Below are positions 1-10,460 of a DNA stretch of 64,000 bases, piece after piece (the stretch's first letter is position 1; the number at the start of each line of letters is the position of its first letter). Location of the stretch: positions 1,120,001 to 1,184,000 of the forward strand of contig CBDCXR010000004.1 in assembly GCA_965223845.1 (NCBI GenBank), in the 5' to 3' direction. Made by a program: the position numbers and the translations under genes. The stretch comes from Planctomycetota bacterium. GTDB taxonomy: Bacteria; Planctomycetota; UBA8108; SXIK01. The notes beneath the pieces are model-generated. The model searched no databases, was not told where the DNA came from, and worked only from the letters and a program-made list of their open reading frames with translations.

Positions 1-4
1 TGGG

Positions 5-1345
5 GTGGCTTCCTTCGCGGGGTACGATCTCCGCTGGCTCGCGATCGCCGTCGCTTTGCTCGCGGTCGCGGTCTACACGTCGCTGTGCCGGCGGGTCCTC
101 GACGTGTTCTCGCGTCGGCGCCTCTACGAGCTCGCACCGAAGGAGCGGCACGACGAGCTGAAGCGGTACCTCGATTCCGAAGACGACTATCTTTCGAGCC
201 TGCGCTCGCTCGATCTCCTCCTTCGCCTAGCGCTCGTGCTCACGTTCGCGTTCGGGCGATTCTCGGCTTCGCGGGCTGACTGGATTCCGGCGTCTCCGGA
301 CGACGTGGTGCCGTTTTGGGGATCTCTCGGCGGGGGACTACGCCTCGCCGTCGAGATCCTGCTCGTGTTCATCGTGTTTCTCGAGATCGTTCCCTGGGTT
401 CTCGCTCGCGTCCGGACGGAAGTCGCGCTCCTTCGCATGCTCCGGAGCGTGGACGCCGTGCACCGGATCCTCCAGCCGTTTCGGAGGGTGTTCGGCGCCG
501 TGGTGACGGGAGCGGTGAGGCTCGTCGGCGGGACGATCGAGCAGCCGAGTGTGGACGCACTCGAGGAGGAGATCAGCACCGTCGCCGAGGAGGGCGAGCG
601 CGAGGGTCTACTCGCGTCACGCGATATCGACATGCTGCGGTCCATCGTCACGTTCGGTGGGAAGCGCGTCGCGGAGGTTCTCACGCCGCGGACCGAGATG
701 ACGAGCCTCGACGTCGAGGCCGACTTCGGCGAGAGTCTCGCGATCGCGATCGACTGCGGCCACTCGCGCATCCCGGTCTTCGAGGGGAGTAAGGATCAGA
801 TCATCGGGATCCTCTACGTGAAGGATCTTCTTCGCACCGAGGGGCCGATCGAAGAGACCGATCTTCGCCGCGTGGTTCGCGAGCCGCATTTCGTGAGCGT
901 CGACAAGAAGATCGGCGAGCTCCTCCAGGAGTTTAAATCGCAGCGATTTCACATCGCGATGGTGCGCGATGAGCACGGCGGTATCGCCGGCCTCGTGACG
1001 ATCGAGGACATTATCGAAGAGATCGTCGGCGAGATCACCGATGAGTTCGATCCAGACGCGCAGAGCTTTGTCCGTCGTCTCGGGCCGGGCGTCGTCGAGA
1101 TCGACGCACGCGTGCCGGTAGACGAGCTGAACAGCGAGCTCGGGACGCAGATCCCGGAGGACGACGCGTACGAGACCGTGGGCGGGTTCCTGTACACTCA
1201 GTGGGGACGCATTCCTCGAATCGGCGAAGAATCGGAGTTCGATGGTCTCCGATTTCGAGTCGTCAGCGCGGACGATCGGCGCATTCGGCGGCTCGTTCTC
1301 CACTATGCCGAGGGTCGAGCCGCCGCACCGAGCGCGGTGAAGTAG
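5..1345 (+). CDS. Hemolysin-like CNNM/CBS/CorC_HlyC membrane protein (Mg2+/Co2+ transport-associated); start may lie upstream of the window
   Basis: N-terminal TM helices; CBS pair (VLTPRTEM, GHSRIPV, DEHGGIAGLVTIEDIIEEIVGEI); CorC_HlyC C-terminus (YETVGGF...GRIP). Confidence 0.9.
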   Translation: MASFAGYDLRWLAIAVALLAVAVYTSLCRRVLDVFSRRRLYELAPKERHDELKRYLDSEDDYLSSLRSLDLLLRLALVLTFAFGRFSASRADWIPASPDDVVPFWGSLGGGLRLAVEILLVFIVFLEIVPWVLARVRTEVALLRMLRSVDAVHRILQPFRRVFGAVVTGAVRLVGGTIEQPSVDALEEEISTVAEEGEREGLLASRDIDMLRSIVTFGGKRVAEVLTPRTEMTSLDVEADFGESLAIAIDCGHSRIPVFEGSKDQIIGILYVKDLLRTEGPIEETDLRRVVREPHFVSVDKKIGELLQEFKSQRFHIAMVRDEHGGIAGLVTIEDIIEEIVGEITDEFDPDAQSFVRRLGPGVVEIDARVPVDELNSELGTQIPEDDAYETVGGFLYTQWGRIPRIGEESEFDGLRFRVVSADDRRIRRLVLHYAEGRAAAPSAVK

Positions 1346-1409
1346 CGGTCGCCCAGTCGGCGCGAGTCCGAAACGCCGCGAGAGGAGACGCCGCACGGAC
1401 CGGTGAGCG

Positions 1410-2180
1410 ATGAAGAAAGAGACGATCGGCATCCCGATTCGGGTGACGGACTACAGCAACTCGAGTCAGGTCGTCTCTCTGTTCACGCCGGACCGGGGGC
1501 TGGTCGACGGGCTCGCGAAGGGGGCGCATCGCCTCAAGAATCCGTTTCAGGGTCCGTTCGATCTCGCGACGCTCTACGAGTTTCGGTACCTCGAACGAGC
1601 GAACGGACTCGCGATCCTCACCGACGCGACCGTCGTCGATGGGTTTCGCGCGCTCCGAAGGGCGAGTTGGCGCTACGTCGCGACGTGCCACGTGATCGAG
1701 CTTCTCCGAGTTACGGGCACCCACGCAGACGAAGCATTCTCACTCTTCGATCTCGTCGTCGCGACGCTCGAGCGGCTCGAGTCGACGAGCTCCGACGCGG
1801 TCGAAGTGGAGCTCGTACGATTCGATCTCCGCGCGCTGCGAACGCTCGGACTTCTTCCGCCCGTCGACGCCTGCGTCCTCTGCGGCCGCGCGTGGCCGGA
1901 GAGCGCACGGCGTGTGTTCTTCAGCGTCGAGAACGGTGGGCTCGTCTGCCGCTCGTGCCGCGCGCGGCAAGCAGGGATTCGCGGTCGCGACCTCCCCGGT
2001 GGCGCGGTGCGCGTGCTTCGCGATCTGTCGCAATCCGAGCTCGCACCGAAGATCGTAGAGATCCTGCGCGAGCCGTGGCGAGTCCATCGCGAGAGCGTGA
2101 CGCACACCGTGCGCTCGGTGCGCACGCGACTCCTCGAGCGCGAGCTGACCGCTCTCGCGTCCGCGCGCCGGCTGCGCTGA
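1410..2180 (+). CDS. recO: DNA repair protein RecO
   Basis: N-terminal OB fold (DYSNSSQVVSLFTPDRGLVDGLAKGA); zinc finger CVLC...CRSC. Confidence 0.92.
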   Translation: MKKETIGIPIRVTDYSNSSQVVSLFTPDRGLVDGLAKGAHRLKNPFQGPFDLATLYEFRYLERANGLAILTDATVVDGFRALRRASWRYVATCHVIELLRVTGTHADEAFSLFDLVVATLERLESTSSDAVEVELVRFDLRALRTLGLLPPVDACVLCGRAWPESARRVFFSVENGGLVCRSCRARQAGIRGRDLPGGAVRVLRDLSQSELAPKIVEILREPWRVHRESVTHTVRSVRTRLLERELTALASARRLR

Positions 2181-2199
2181 CGGTCCGCGAGAGGCGGAG

Positions 2200-3165
2200 C
2201 TAACGGACGTGCTCGACCGCCCAGTCGGTGACCGCGCGAACGCGAGCCGCGGCCCGATCGCGGCCGAGGGCACGATACGCGGCCGAAAGGATCGACGCGG
2301 TGCGGCGGATGAACTGCCTCCCGCGGTCCCAATCGTCGTACCAGTACAAGTGGCGGAAATTGCGCGCCAAGACGAGCGCGGTTCCGGGTTCACCGTCTTC
2401 GAGGCGGCGCTCGGCTTCGTCGAGTCGGCTCGGATCCGGCGCGGAATCCGGCCAATCGAGATCCGCGAGATAGTCCGCATCGACGCCCGCCGCGGGAAGG
2501 ACGATTCCGAGACCGTCCTCGGTCGGCACCGTCCCCGCGCGGCACCTCTTCGCCCGATCGAGAGCTTCCTGCCGCCCGGCCGGGATCGCGACGCCCAGCC
2601 GGCGCTCGACGAGATTCGCGAGACGGTCGAGCTCGGGGGGCGGCGATTCACCCTCGGCGGCGTAGACCTCCCTTTCGGTGACGACCAAGTACCCGACGAA
2701 CTCGGCGAAGGTCGCACCGACGATCGTGATCTCCGAACGAGGGTACACCTCGACGATGGGATACTCTCCGCGAGTGGCGGTCTCGTCGTCGACCAGGAAT
2801 CCGAAATGTCCGCCGTCCGTTCCGCTCCGCCCGAAGACGACGAGCTCCGCCGGCGTTCCGACGTACCGGCCGTCGTCGCCCGGCCAGCGCGCGTCCTCAT
2901 CGTCTCCCGGCTCATCCCAAATGAAGCCGAGCGGCTCGAACGCGAGAGCGGGGTCGCCCGGCGAGAGCTCCCGCGCGAGAGTCACGAATTCGAAGTACGC
3001 GATCGGGACCCGGAGACCGTGGTGACGCGAGAGCGCTGCGTACGCCGGCCGGTTCGCCTCCGAAAGGTCGGCCTCCGTCCGCGGCGGTGGCCCGGCCCCA
3101 TCGCACGCGGCGACGATCGCGGAGGCGGCGAGGAGAGCGAACGGAAGGGTCCCCCGATGATCCAT
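2200..3165 (-). CDS. Lipoprotein with HPF1-like (DUF2228 / 'ADP-ribosylation family') domain
   Basis: ATG at 3165 gives signal peptide plus lipobox (IVAAC). Blocks HGLRVPIAYFEF, TPAELVVFGRSGTDGGHFGF, PTEDGLGIVLP, GEPGTALVLA and LSAAYRALGR occur in HPF1 order (alignment from memory). Confidence 0.65.
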   Translation of the reverse strand: MDHRGTLPFALLAASAIVAACDGAGPPPRTEADLSEANRPAYAALSRHHGLRVPIAYFEFVTLARELSPGDPALAFEPLGFIWDEPGDDEDARWPGDDGRYVGTPAELVVFGRSGTDGGHFGFLVDDETATRGEYPIVEVYPRSEITIVGATFAEFVGYLVVTEREVYAAEGESPPPELDRLANLVERRLGVAIPAGRQEALDRAKRCRAGTVPTEDGLGIVLPAAGVDADYLADLDWPDSAPDPSRLDEAERRLEDGEPGTALVLARNFRHLYWYDDWDRGRQFIRRTASILSAAYRALGRDRAAARVRAVTDWAVEHVR

Positions 3166-3291
3166 GGCGCAAGCGTATCTCGCGTACGCGAGCACGTCGA
3201 GGCGCGCGCCGGTCGAGTGGTGGAATCGGCGGTGAGGAGGAGGGTAGAATCCCGGGTTTACTGGTTCCACGGAAGTCGAGGAGAGCTCCGC

Positions 3292-4353
3292 ATGCGCATC
3301 CCCCCGTGCCGCGTGCCGCGACCGAACGGGATTCGGCGCGAGTTTCGGTCGCGCTGGCTCGCCGGGGCGGTCGCCGCCCTATTGACCGCCTGCGCCTCGC
3401 CGACGGTCGAGCGGAGCGACGACGATCCGCGGACCTACGTGCTCCCGGGGCGCGGAGACTACGAGTGGACCGCCGACCGTGGCTGGGTGAAGCCGGAGTC
3501 GGGAGACTGGGGATCCGTCGACGACATCCGCCGGAGCGCGAACGCGGCGTTCGCGGCGAACGAGTTCGCCGACGCCCTCCATGGCTTCTCGGTGCTCAAG
3601 GAGCGCGTCCCGACCGACGAGCACACTGAGCTCCACTTTCAAATCGCCGAGTGCTACTACCACCTCGGACTCTACGACGCGGCCGTCGAGTACTACCGGC
3701 GCGTCTACCGCGAAGGTAAGCCCGAGGAGTCCGTCGCCGATCAGGTGCGGCAGCGCATCTACGAGATCGCCCTCGATTTCCTGCACGGCCGAGCGGCGTG
3801 TACGGCGATCGGGATTCCCTACGAGTGCCCCCGGCACGGCGTCGACCTCCTCGTGGGCGAGGACGGGCTCATCACCGAGTATCCCTATCTCAGCTTCGCC
3901 GACGATGCGCTCATGGAAATCGCCGGGCACTACTTCGAGGAGCGGCAGTATCCGGAGGCGGTTCCGTTCTACGAGCGTGTCGTCCGCGACTACGCCACCG
4001 GTGAGTGGGCGGGGACGGCGCAGTTCCAGCTCGCTCTCGCTTGGTTCCGGCAGATTCGCGGGACGGACTACGACGAGAAGATCATCCAGCAAGCGGACAG
4101 CGAGCTCCGCGACTATCTGCGCCTCGATCCTCGCGGTCCGCACGCCAAGGAGGCGCGGGAAAAGCTGCTCGAGATCTCGGAGATGCTCGCGGCGAAGTAC
4201 CTCAAGGTAGCAAAGTTCTATCTGCGAGAGAGCGAGCCGCGATCGGCGCTCATTTATTTGAGCCTCGTCCTCGATCGGTACACGAACTCGCGTGCCGCGA
4301 GGGAAGCGCGAGAAATCCAGAAGGAGCTCGACCGCTTGGAGGTCGGCGGGTGA
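3292..4353 (+). CDS. bamD: Outer membrane protein assembly factor BamD-like TPR lipoprotein
   Basis: Lipobox LLTAC; TPRs; typical BamD C-terminus (GTDYD...YLRLDPRG...AKYLKVAKFYLR). Real start taken at ATG 3292 inside the 714-aa ORF. Confidence 0.8.
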   Translation: MRIPPCRVPRPNGIRREFRSRWLAGAVAALLTACASPTVERSDDDPRTYVLPGRGDYEWTADRGWVKPESGDWGSVDDIRRSANAAFAANEFADALHGFSVLKERVPTDEHTELHFQIAECYYHLGLYDAAVEYYRRVYREGKPEESVADQVRQRIYEIALDFLHGRAACTAIGIPYECPRHGVDLLVGEDGLITEYPYLSFADDALMEIAGHYFEERQYPEAVPFYERVVRDYATGEWAGTAQFQLALAWFRQIRGTDYDEKIIQQADSELRDYLRLDPRGPHAKEAREKLLEISEMLAAKYLKVAKFYLRESEPRSALIYLSLVLDRYTNSRAAREAREIQKELDRLEVGG

Positions 4354-4922
4354 GTCGGCGCGTGAGACGTGAGCCCGTTCGTGCGCGTCGCGCGGTGGAG
4401 TACGCGGCGCTCTTCGCCGTCGCTGCGACGTTCTTCGTCACCGGCTGCGGCTACTCGCTCGGCTTTCGCGCTCCGGCGAACGTCGCCACGGTCGCGGTGC
4501 CGATCTTCGACAATCTGACCTTCCCGCTCCGCCGCGATGTCGAGTATGACCTGACTGCCGCCGTACGGCGGGAGTTGCTCGCTCGCACGGAGCTCGTCCT
4601 CGCCGATTCGGCAGTCGCCGACCTCGTCGTCCACGGCCGCATCCGGGATTTCGAGGATCGCGTGATCGCGGAGGGGCGGTTCGACGAGAAGATCGAAGCG
4701 AGTCTCCGCGTCGCGGTCGATCTCGTCGTCGAGGACCATCGCCGCGGAACACGGTGGGAGCAGTCCCTGCGGGCGACCGAGCCGTTTTCGGTCGAGCTCG
4801 GCGAGGCGCTCGACGACGCGCGCCGGCGCGTCGTCGCGATGCTCGCCGAGCGCATCGTGAACTCGCTCGACGGTTGGGACGGCGAGGACGACCCGGTGGA
4901 GGACGGCGGCGACGGTGTCTAA
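4350..4922 (+). CDS. lptE: LPS assembly lipoprotein LptE family
   Basis: GTG overlaps bamD stop; lipobox VTGC followed by GY; TVAVPIFDN...EYDLTAAVRRE motif. Confidence 0.8.
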   Translation: MSRRVRREPVRARRAVEYAALFAVAATFFVTGCGYSLGFRAPANVATVAVPIFDNLTFPLRRDVEYDLTAAVRRELLARTELVLADSAVADLVVHGRIRDFEDRVIAEGRFDEKIEASLRVAVDLVVEDHRRGTRWEQSLRATEPFSVELGEALDDARRRVVAMLAERIVNSLDGWDGEDDPVEDGGDGV

Positions 4923-5093
4923 ACCGGGGCCGAAAAACGCGCGCGCGAGCGCCGGGCAGGAGCTCGAGCAAGATGTTTCCGCCCCCTGCCGATTTCACAG
5001 TAGCTGCCGAATCGCCTCGTCGGATCAACGCAATCGCGGTTGACCGGGCCGAGGATTTCTCGCAGGGTACGCCGCGCCCTCGCGTCGGCCCCG

Positions 5094-5121
5094 TTGCAGG
5101 TGACCGAAAGATTCCCATAAT
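5094..5121 (+). promoter_or_regulatory. Putative sigma70 promoter for ftsH operon
   Basis: TTGCAG-16 bp-CATAAT in an otherwise GC-rich gap. Confidence 0.4.
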
Positions 5122-5386
5122 AGGTACGTTCGGTGGGGGCGAGATCCTCCCCGGGCGAACCGGCGTTAGCCCGAATGTCTCATCAGATTCTACTGCGCCA
5201 CCGTAAGTCGAGAACTGAGCATCGGATGTATCGCCGCCCTGATCCCCACTGTGCTAGGAGCACACCTCCGGTCAGCGCGGCGCCACCTCCTCGGCAGTTC
5301 CCGTCGTACGGCGGCTCGCCGATTCCGGTGAGACACCGAGCTGAGCGCCGGAACACCGGCAAACCGTGCCGCATTCAAGGTTGACT

Positions 5387-7552
5387 ATGTCCCCCCACCC
5401 GTCCGATTCGAACGATCCGGAGCCAACGCCGCGCCGAACCGCCCGCCCCGGTGGCGAAGACGGTTCCTCGAGTGGAGACGCCGACTCACCGGCGCGCGCG
5501 GACACGCGAAAGCCTCGCGCGTTTTTCCTCGTCTCGACACTGCTCGCCGTGCTCATCGGTGTCGCGCTTCTCTCCGATCCGAACGCGCTTCACAGCCGGA
5601 CGGAGACTCGCGAGCATGTCATCAAGCGCTACTTGAACGAAGGCGCGCTCGACACGGAGACGTTCGAGTTTCTGCGCGATACGCGCGTCTTTCGCGCGCG
5701 CGTGAAGCTCGACGAGAATAAGAAACCGATCGAGAAGGACGGGCAGGCGATCGTCGATAAGGGCGTCCGCGCGGTCGAGCTCCGATTCTCTACCGACGAG
5801 ACGATGGACACGTTCAAGCGTGAGTTCATCGACCCGCTCGAGAACGTGTCGGCACGAGTGCGTGAGTCTCCCGCCGCGATGTGGGAGATGCTGCTGCAAG
5901 TCGTCTTCTGGGTCGCGCTGATCTTTCTCTTCTACTTTCTTTTCTTCCGTCCGCTCCGCGGCCCCGGAGGGCCGGGAGGAGGCATCCTCTCCTTCAGCAA
6001 GAGCCGAGCGAAGCTCGTCCAAGAGAAGAGCGACGTTACGTTCGAAGACGTCGCGGGAATTGACGAGGCGAAGTCGCAGGTCTTCGAGATCGTCGAGTTC
6101 TTGCGCAACCCCGAGAAGTTCCAGCGCCTGGGCGGCCGTATCCCGAAGGGCGTGATGTTGATCGGCGCCCCCGGGACCGGAAAAACGCTGCTCGCGCGGG
6201 CGATCGCCGGTGAAGCTGGAGTGCCGTTCTTCAGCATCTGCGGCTCGGACTTCGTCGAAATGTTCGTCGGTGTGGGTGCTGCGCGCGTGCGCGATCTCTT
6301 CAAGCAGGCGCGCGAGCGCGCACCGTGTATCGTCTTCCTCGACGAGGTCGACGCGGTGGGGCGTCGGCGCGGCTCGGGTCTCGGAGGCGGACACGACGAG
6401 CGCGAGCAGACTCTCAACGCGATTCTTGTCGAGATGGACGGTTTCGAGTCGGACTCGGGGATCATTCTGGTTGCGGCGACCAACCGTCCTGACGTCCTCG
6501 ACCCCGCCCTCCTCCGTCCGGGTCGCTTCGACCGAGAGATCACGATGGACCTCCCGGATGTGGACGAGAGGAGGAAGATCCTCGAAGTCCACGTGGCGAA
6601 GGTGAAGATGGCGCCCGATGTCGATCTCGGTCGCATCGCGCGCGGCACGCCTACGTTTAGCGGCGCGGAGCTCGCGGCGCTCGTGAACGAGGCGGCGATC
6701 CTCGCCGCGATGCGCGACCAGGAGGCCATTCTCGAGAGTGATCTCGAGGAGGCGCGCGACCGAATTCGCTACGGAGTTCAGAAGAAGAGCCGCGTGATGG
6801 TCGATGAGGATCGGCGCATCACGGCGTACCACGAGGCCGGACACGCGATCGTGGCGCACTTGCTGCCCGAGGTCGAGCCGCTCCACAAGGTGACCATCAT
6901 TCCGCGCGGACCCGCACTCGGACTCACGATGCAGCTTCCTGAACGCGATCGGTATCACCTCTCGCGGAAGCAAGTCCTCGGCAATCTGAAGCTGCTCTAC
7001 GGCGGTCGCATCGCCGAGGAGCTCTTCTGCGGCGATGTCACCTCGGGAGCGTCGAGTGACATCCAGCGCGCCACGGACCTCGCCCGGCGGATGGTCTGCG
7101 AGTGGGGCATGTCGGACGCGCTGGGACCGATCCGTTACACGGAGAACGAGGAGACGCTCTTTCTCGGCCGGGAGGTCACACGCAGTCGCGACCACAGCGA
7201 CGAGGTCGCCCTCCGGATCGACGAGGAGGTGAGGCGCGTGGTCGACGATTGCTACGAGGCGACGCGCGAGCTCATCGTGTCGAACCGGGACGCGATCGAC
7301 CGCATCGCGCGGGCGCTTCTCGAGCGCGAGACGCTCACCGGCGACGATGTCGCGCGGCTCGTGCGGGGCGAGGAGCTCGACGATCCGAGCGATCCCGCCG
7401 ACGGCGCGCGAGGGGACTCGAGCGCCGTGTCGGCCGCGGCCGGATCCGGATCCATCGCGACTGCCGATGCCGAGGTCTCTCCGGACGGGTCGGCGAAGCG
7501 AAGTCCGGGCCCCGGCGGGATGGACTCTGGGGACGCGTCGCGGCTGCGATGA
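5387..7552 (+). CDS. ftsH: ATP-dependent zinc metalloprotease FtsH
   Basis: Two TM helices, Walker [12 protein letters not shown] ([10 protein letters not shown]), HEAGH zinc motif. Confidence 0.97.
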   Translation: MSPHPSDSNDPEPTPRRTARPGGEDGSSSGDADSPARADTRKPRAFFLVSTLLAVLIGVALLSDPNALHSRTETREHVIKRYLNEGALDTETFEFLRDTRVFRARVKLDENKKPIEKDGQAIVDKGVRAVELRFSTDETMDTFKREFIDPLENVSARVRESPAAMWEMLLQVVFWVALIFLFYFLFFRPLRGPGGPGGGILSFSKSRAKLVQEKSDVTFEDVAGIDEAKSQVFEIVEFLRNPEKFQRLGGRIPKGVMLIGAPGTGKTLLARAIAGEAGVPFFSICGSDFVEMFVGVGAARVRDLFKQARERAPCIVFLDEVDAVGRRRGSGLGGGHDEREQTLNAILVEMDGFESDSGIILVAATNRPDVLDPALLRPGRFDREITMDLPDVDERRKILEVHVAKVKMAPDVDLGRIARGTPTFSGAELAALVNEAAILAAMRDQEAILESDLEEARDRIRYGVQKKSRVMVDEDRRITAYHEAGHAIVAHLLPEVEPLHKVTIIPRGPALGLTMQLPERDRYHLSRKQVLGNLKLLYGGRIAEELFCGDVTSGASSDIQRATDLARRMVCEWGMSDALGPIRYTENEETLFLGREVTRSRDHSDEVALRIDEEVRRVVDDCYEATRELIVSNRDAIDRIARALLERETLTGDDVARLVRGEELDDPSDPADGARGDSSAVSAAAGSGSIATADAEVSPDGSAKRSPGPGGMDSGDASRLR

Positions 7553-7603
7553 TCCGGATCGACATCACGGCCGACGCCGCCCCGAGTCCGGGATGGAGTT
7601 CGC

Positions 7604-8506
7604 ATGGTTACCGGTGACGCGGCGGAAGAGACGCCCCGTCGGTGGACGCTGTCGCTTCCCCGCGGTCGAGCGTGGTCGATCGGGCCGCGGGTTCAGGTGC
7701 TCGGCGTGATCAACGTCACACCGGATTCGTTCTCCGACGGGGGGCGCTACCGAGATTCGGACGAAGCCGTCGACGCGGGGCTCGAGCTCCTCGCGGAGGG
7801 CGCGGACGCCCTCGACATCGGCGGCGAATCGACTCGCCCGGGGTCGGATCGCGTGAGTGCCCGCGAGCAGCTCCGGCGCGTTCTGCCGGTCCTCGAGCGT
7901 CTTCGCGAGGCGACCGATGCGCCGCTCTCGGTGGACACGTCCGATCCGGTTGTCGGCGCCGAGGTGCTCGCCTGCGGGGCCGATATGATCAACGATGTCG
8001 AAGGATTGAGGCGGCCAGAGTGGGGCCCTCTGCTCGCGGGACGCCCAGACGTTCCGGTCATCCTCATGCACATGCAGGGCACGCCGAAGACCATGCAGGA
8101 CTCTCCGAGCTATCCGCGCGGGGTGGTGCCCGAGATCCGCGACTACTTCGAGCGCGCCCTCGGCGCAGCGGAGCGGGCCGGGATCGCGAGCGAGCGCGTC
8201 ATCCTCGATCCCGGGGTCGGATTCGGGAAGCGCCTTCAGCACAACCTTCTGATCATCCGAGGTTTACACAGACTCCGGGTCGCGTCGCGCCCTCTCCTCG
8301 TGGGTCTCTCGCGAAAGGGTTTTATCGGCAAGCTGCTCTCGCGGGAGGCGCCGGAGCGAGACGTCGGCACGCTCGCCGCGAACGCCGCGGCGATCTTCTC
8401 TGGAGCTGATCTCCTCCGCGTGCACAATGCGCGGTATACGCGCGATCTGGTGGACATGGTCGCGGCAGTTCGGGGCGTGGGGGAGCGGGAAGCCGACGAG
8501 GTGTGA
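7604..8506 (+). CDS. folP: Dihydropteroate synthase
   Basis: GVINVTPDSFSDGG, DIGGESTRPG, DPGVGFGK, SRKGF, RVHN motifs. Confidence 0.96.
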   Translation: MVTGDAAEETPRRWTLSLPRGRAWSIGPRVQVLGVINVTPDSFSDGGRYRDSDEAVDAGLELLAEGADALDIGGESTRPGSDRVSAREQLRRVLPVLERLREATDAPLSVDTSDPVVGAEVLACGADMINDVEGLRRPEWGPLLAGRPDVPVILMHMQGTPKTMQDSPSYPRGVVPEIRDYFERALGAAERAGIASERVILDPGVGFGKRLQHNLLIIRGLHRLRVASRPLLVGLSRKGFIGKLLSREAPERDVGTLAANAAAIFSGADLLRVHNARYTRDLVDMVAAVRGVGEREADEV

Positions 8507-8510
8507 AGCG

Positions 8511-9371
8511 ATGGCCGAGCTGTTCGAGAGTCTGCGCTCGTTCTTCGGGCCGATCCATCTCGAATACGCACTCGAGATTCTGATCATCTATCTTCTCGTC
8601 TACACCTTCTTCCGCTTCATGGAAGGAACGCGCGGCGAGGGACTGCTGAAAGGAATCGCGCTGGTGATCCTCACGGTGCCGATTCTGCTCGCGATCGTTG
8701 CCGACCGGTTCGACGTCCTCGATCGCCTGCTCGTGATCATGAAGTTCTTCGGCGCGACGGCGATTCCCGTGATCGTCATCATCGTTCAGCCGGAGCTCCG
8801 GCGCGCACTCATCCGCCTCGGGCAGACGCGTATCTTCGGTCTCTTCCTCAAGGGAGAGACCGAGGGAATGGTGGAGGAGATCGTCAAGGCGACGTTTCGC
8901 ATGTCGCGGCGAAAGATCGGTGCCCTGATCGCCATCGAGCGCGAGGTCGGACTCAAGAACTACGTCGAGCGCGGCACACCGATCGACGGTGTCGTCTCGA
9001 ACGAGCTTCTCTCTACGATCTTTTTCCCCGGCTCCGATCTTCACGACGGTGCGGTCATCGTTCAGAAGGAGCGGATCGCCGCGGCGGGCTGTCTCTTCCC
9101 GTTGAGTGACAACCCGAGCCTCGGGAATATCCTCGGGACGCGGCATCGCGCGGCGCTCGGGATCACCGAAGAAACCGATGCGATCGTCGTCGTGGTTTCG
9201 GAGGAGACGGGAAGCGTCTCCTTCGCGCACGGCGGCCAGCTCGAGCGGTCCCTCGACGTCGAACAACTCCGTCAGCTTCTCCGGAGATACTACGCTCAGC
9301 TCGAGGAGGCCGAAGTGTTCGAGGCCGCCGTCGCCGAGACGCCGGAGACGGCGTCGGGAGGTCGCGTATGA
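8511..9371 (+). CDS. cdaA: Membrane-bound diadenylate cyclase CdaA/DacA
   Basis: Three N-terminal TM helices, QPELRRAL, catalytic LHDGA and GTRHRAA motifs. Confidence 0.95.
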   Translation: MAELFESLRSFFGPIHLEYALEILIIYLLVYTFFRFMEGTRGEGLLKGIALVILTVPILLAIVADRFDVLDRLLVIMKFFGATAIPVIVIIVQPELRRALIRLGQTRIFGLFLKGETEGMVEEIVKATFRMSRRKIGALIAIEREVGLKNYVERGTPIDGVVSNELLSTIFFPGSDLHDGAVIVQKERIAAAGCLFPLSDNPSLGNILGTRHRAALGITEETDAIVVVVSEETGSVSFAHGGQLERSLDVEQLRQLLRRYYAQLEEAEVFEAAVAETPETASGGRV

Positions 9372-10453
9372 GGTGGCTCCGCGGGGTCTTTCTCGAGAAC
9401 TGGCGAAACAAGGGGATCGCGCTCTTCTTCGCCGTCGCGATCTGGGTGGTCGCGTTTCAGTCGGAGCGCCAGAGCCTCAGTGACGAATTCCGCGTTGAAT
9501 TCGCTCCGGAAGATGCCAGCGCGCAGGTGATCACCGCTCTCCGCCGTCCGCCGCGTGCGGGCGAAGAGGGCGGCGAAAAGGCGTTTGAAGGGCGCGTGCA
9601 AATCGAACTCTCCGGCCCGCGGAAGCAGATCGAAGAGCTCGTCCAGCGCGTGCAGCTCTCCCGCGCTCCGTTTCGCATTCCCGTCCCTCCGGAATCGGAA
9701 GTGTACCACACGTTCTCGCGGAAGGACTTCGAGCTCGAGCGGACGGGAATCACCATCGAGTCGGTCTGGCCGAGCGGGATCCGCATCGCGCAGGATCGGC
9801 AATCCTCGATCACGATGTCCGACCTCGAGAGTCGCGTCTCGGTGACGGAGTTCCCACGCGGATACGAAGTCGTGTCGACGCGAGTCGAGCCGAGCACGGT
9901 GACAATTCGAGGACCGGAATCGATCCTCGCATCGGTCGGTCTCTCGATTCCGTACGCGGCCGGGAACCGACTCAACAGCGAGAGCGAAGTCGACGTCGAG
10001 GTCCACTCGACGGACGAATCGAACGCCGAACTCGTCGCGGAGTTCGTGAAGGTCGTTCCCCGCAAGGTCAAAGTGACCGTCGTTCTCCAGCGCCGGACCG
10101 CGACCTTCGCTCTCGACGCGGTGCCGGTCACGTTCATCGTTCCGCCGCCTCAGGTGCCCATCCGAATCCTGAGCGACGACTTGGGCGACGGCTCGATCCC
10201 GGTCGAGTTTCGCGGGCCGCAGGATCAGATCGAGCGACTCAAGACGGCGGCTCAGGATCCGGCGTTCTCGGTGAGCGTGCGCGTTCCGCGACTCCAGCCC
10301 GGCGAGGAAACCGTGCATACGTTCACCGAGGAGATCCTCGAGCTGTACGATTTCCCGGGTGTGCAGATGCGGCAGCACCCGACGCGCCGCGACGAGAAGA
10401 AGGGGCCCTGGACGTATCAGGTCGTTCCCGTGACGAGCGAGACCGGGAACTGA
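9368..10453 (+). CDS. CdaR/YbbR-like regulator of CdaA
   Basis: N-terminal anchor ENWRNKGIALFFAVAIW; YbbR-like repeats (VEPSTVTIRGP); position between cdaA and glmM. Confidence 0.75.
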   Translation: MRWLRGVFLENWRNKGIALFFAVAIWVVAFQSERQSLSDEFRVEFAPEDASAQVITALRRPPRAGEEGGEKAFEGRVQIELSGPRKQIEELVQRVQLSRAPFRIPVPPESEVYHTFSRKDFELERTGITIESVWPSGIRIAQDRQSSITMSDLESRVSVTEFPRGYEVVSTRVEPSTVTIRGPESILASVGLSIPYAAGNRLNSESEVDVEVHSTDESNAELVAEFVKVVPRKVKVTVVLQRRTATFALDAVPVTFIVPPPQVPIRILSDDLGDGSIPVEFRGPQDQIERLKTAAQDPAFSVSVRVPRLQPGEETVHTFTEEILELYDFPGVQMRQHPTRRDEKKGPWTYQVVPVTSETGN

Positions 10454-10460
10454 GGCCGCG

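Noticed and set aside
2209-3291. N-terminal 361 codons of the 714-aa ORF as an extension of BamD
   Set aside because: Antisense shadow of the HPF1-like gene; BamD has its own signal peptide and lipobox after ATG 3292
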